DNA of 63,023 nt, filler included, from Chiloscyllium plagiosum (taxonomy: Eukaryota), in assembly GCF_004010195.1 (NCBI RefSeq). It is 4 parts of one record of this genome, joined end to end, with 100 filler letters (N's around TTAATTAATTAA, not from the genome) between each part and the next. Parts side by side here need not be neighbours in the genome. Positions count along the whole stretch, not along the records: positions 55,339 to 63,023 come from NC_057716.1; 3 more parts are not named here. The stretch is one strand, 5' to 3'. A model generated the notes under the pieces. The model saw only the letters and a program-made list of their open reading frames with translations. It ran no database searches and was not told the DNA's origin. Made by a program: the position numbers and the translations under genes. Positions 62,285 through 63,023 of this stretch are shown one piece after another (the stretch's first letter is position 1; the number at the start of each line of letters is the position of its first letter).

Positions 62285-63023
62285 AAATCAGGCTGGATAT
62301 GTGACAGAGATAGGAAAGCAAAGCTGAAGATGTTACAGGGAGAGAGGAAGCAATATTTGAGATGTTACTGGGAGAGAGGAAAATAAGGCTGGAGATATTA
62401 CAGAGAAAGAAGATAGCAAGGCCGGAGATGTTACAGAGAGAGGATAGCAAGGCTAGAGATGTTACTGAGAAAGGAAAGCAAGGCCGGGGATGTTACAGAA
62501 AGAGAAGATAGCAAGGCCGGAGATGTTACAGAGAGAGGAAAGCAAGGCTAGAGATGTTACTGAGAAAGGAAAGCAAGGCTGGAGATGTTACAGAGAGAGA
62601 AGATAGCAAGGCCGGAGATGTTACAGAGAGAGAGGATAGCAAGGCAGGAGTGGTTACAGAGAGATAGGAAAACAATGTTGGAGATGTTACAGAGAGAGGA
62701 AAGCAAGACTGGAGATCTTACAGAGAGAGAGGATAGCAAGGCTGCTGGAGATCTTACAGAGAGAGAGGATAGCAAGGCTGGATATGTTAAAGGGAGAGAG
62801 AAAAGCAAGGTTGGAGATGTTACAGAGAGAGGTAAGCAAGACAGGAGATGTTACAGAGATAGGAAAGCAAGGCAGGAGATGTTACAGAGAGTGAGGATAA
62901 CAAGGTTGGAGATGTTGCAGAGAGAGGAAAGCAAGGCTAGAGATGTTACAGGGAGAGAGAAAAGCAAGGCTGAGATGTTACAGAGAGAGGAAAGCAAGGC
63001 TGGAGATGTTACAGAGAGAGGTA
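62285..63023. repeat. Purine-rich minisatellite, 31-33-bp unit (GCAAGGCTGGAGATGTTACAGAGAGAGGAAA), running off the window end
   Basis: ggagatgttacagagaga recurs more than 20 times. Confidence 0.95.

Overview
Eukaryotic, repeat-dominated DNA that looks like a cartilaginous fish, probably a carpet or bamboo shark. This is an inference from the HE1-type SINEs, the CR1/HER1-type LINEs and the shark-type GPR139-like receptor. The only credible cellular coding sequence is the main exon of a class A GPCR of the shark-expanded GPR139/142-like type (54508-55238, minus strand). It is cut by a gap and has DWF in place of the usual DRF. Two dead first exons of the same family lie at about 11.4 kb and 41.7 kb. 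Most of the rest is decayed CR1 LINEs, one L1/Tx1 3' fragment, SINEs, probable solo LTRs and four minisatellite fields. There is also a ~4.85-kb inverted duplication (18287-23123 vs 29100-33959) and four assembly gaps. The most interesting signal is a set of short fold-back (hairpin) insertions derived from Penelope-like element termini. They carry minimal hammerhead-ribozyme cores (CUGANGA-stem-GAAAC-GUC) on opposite strands. Two have exact 15-bp target-site duplications, and in one both arms stop exactly at the predicted self-cleavage site. Boundaries of decayed repeats were read by eye and are approximate.
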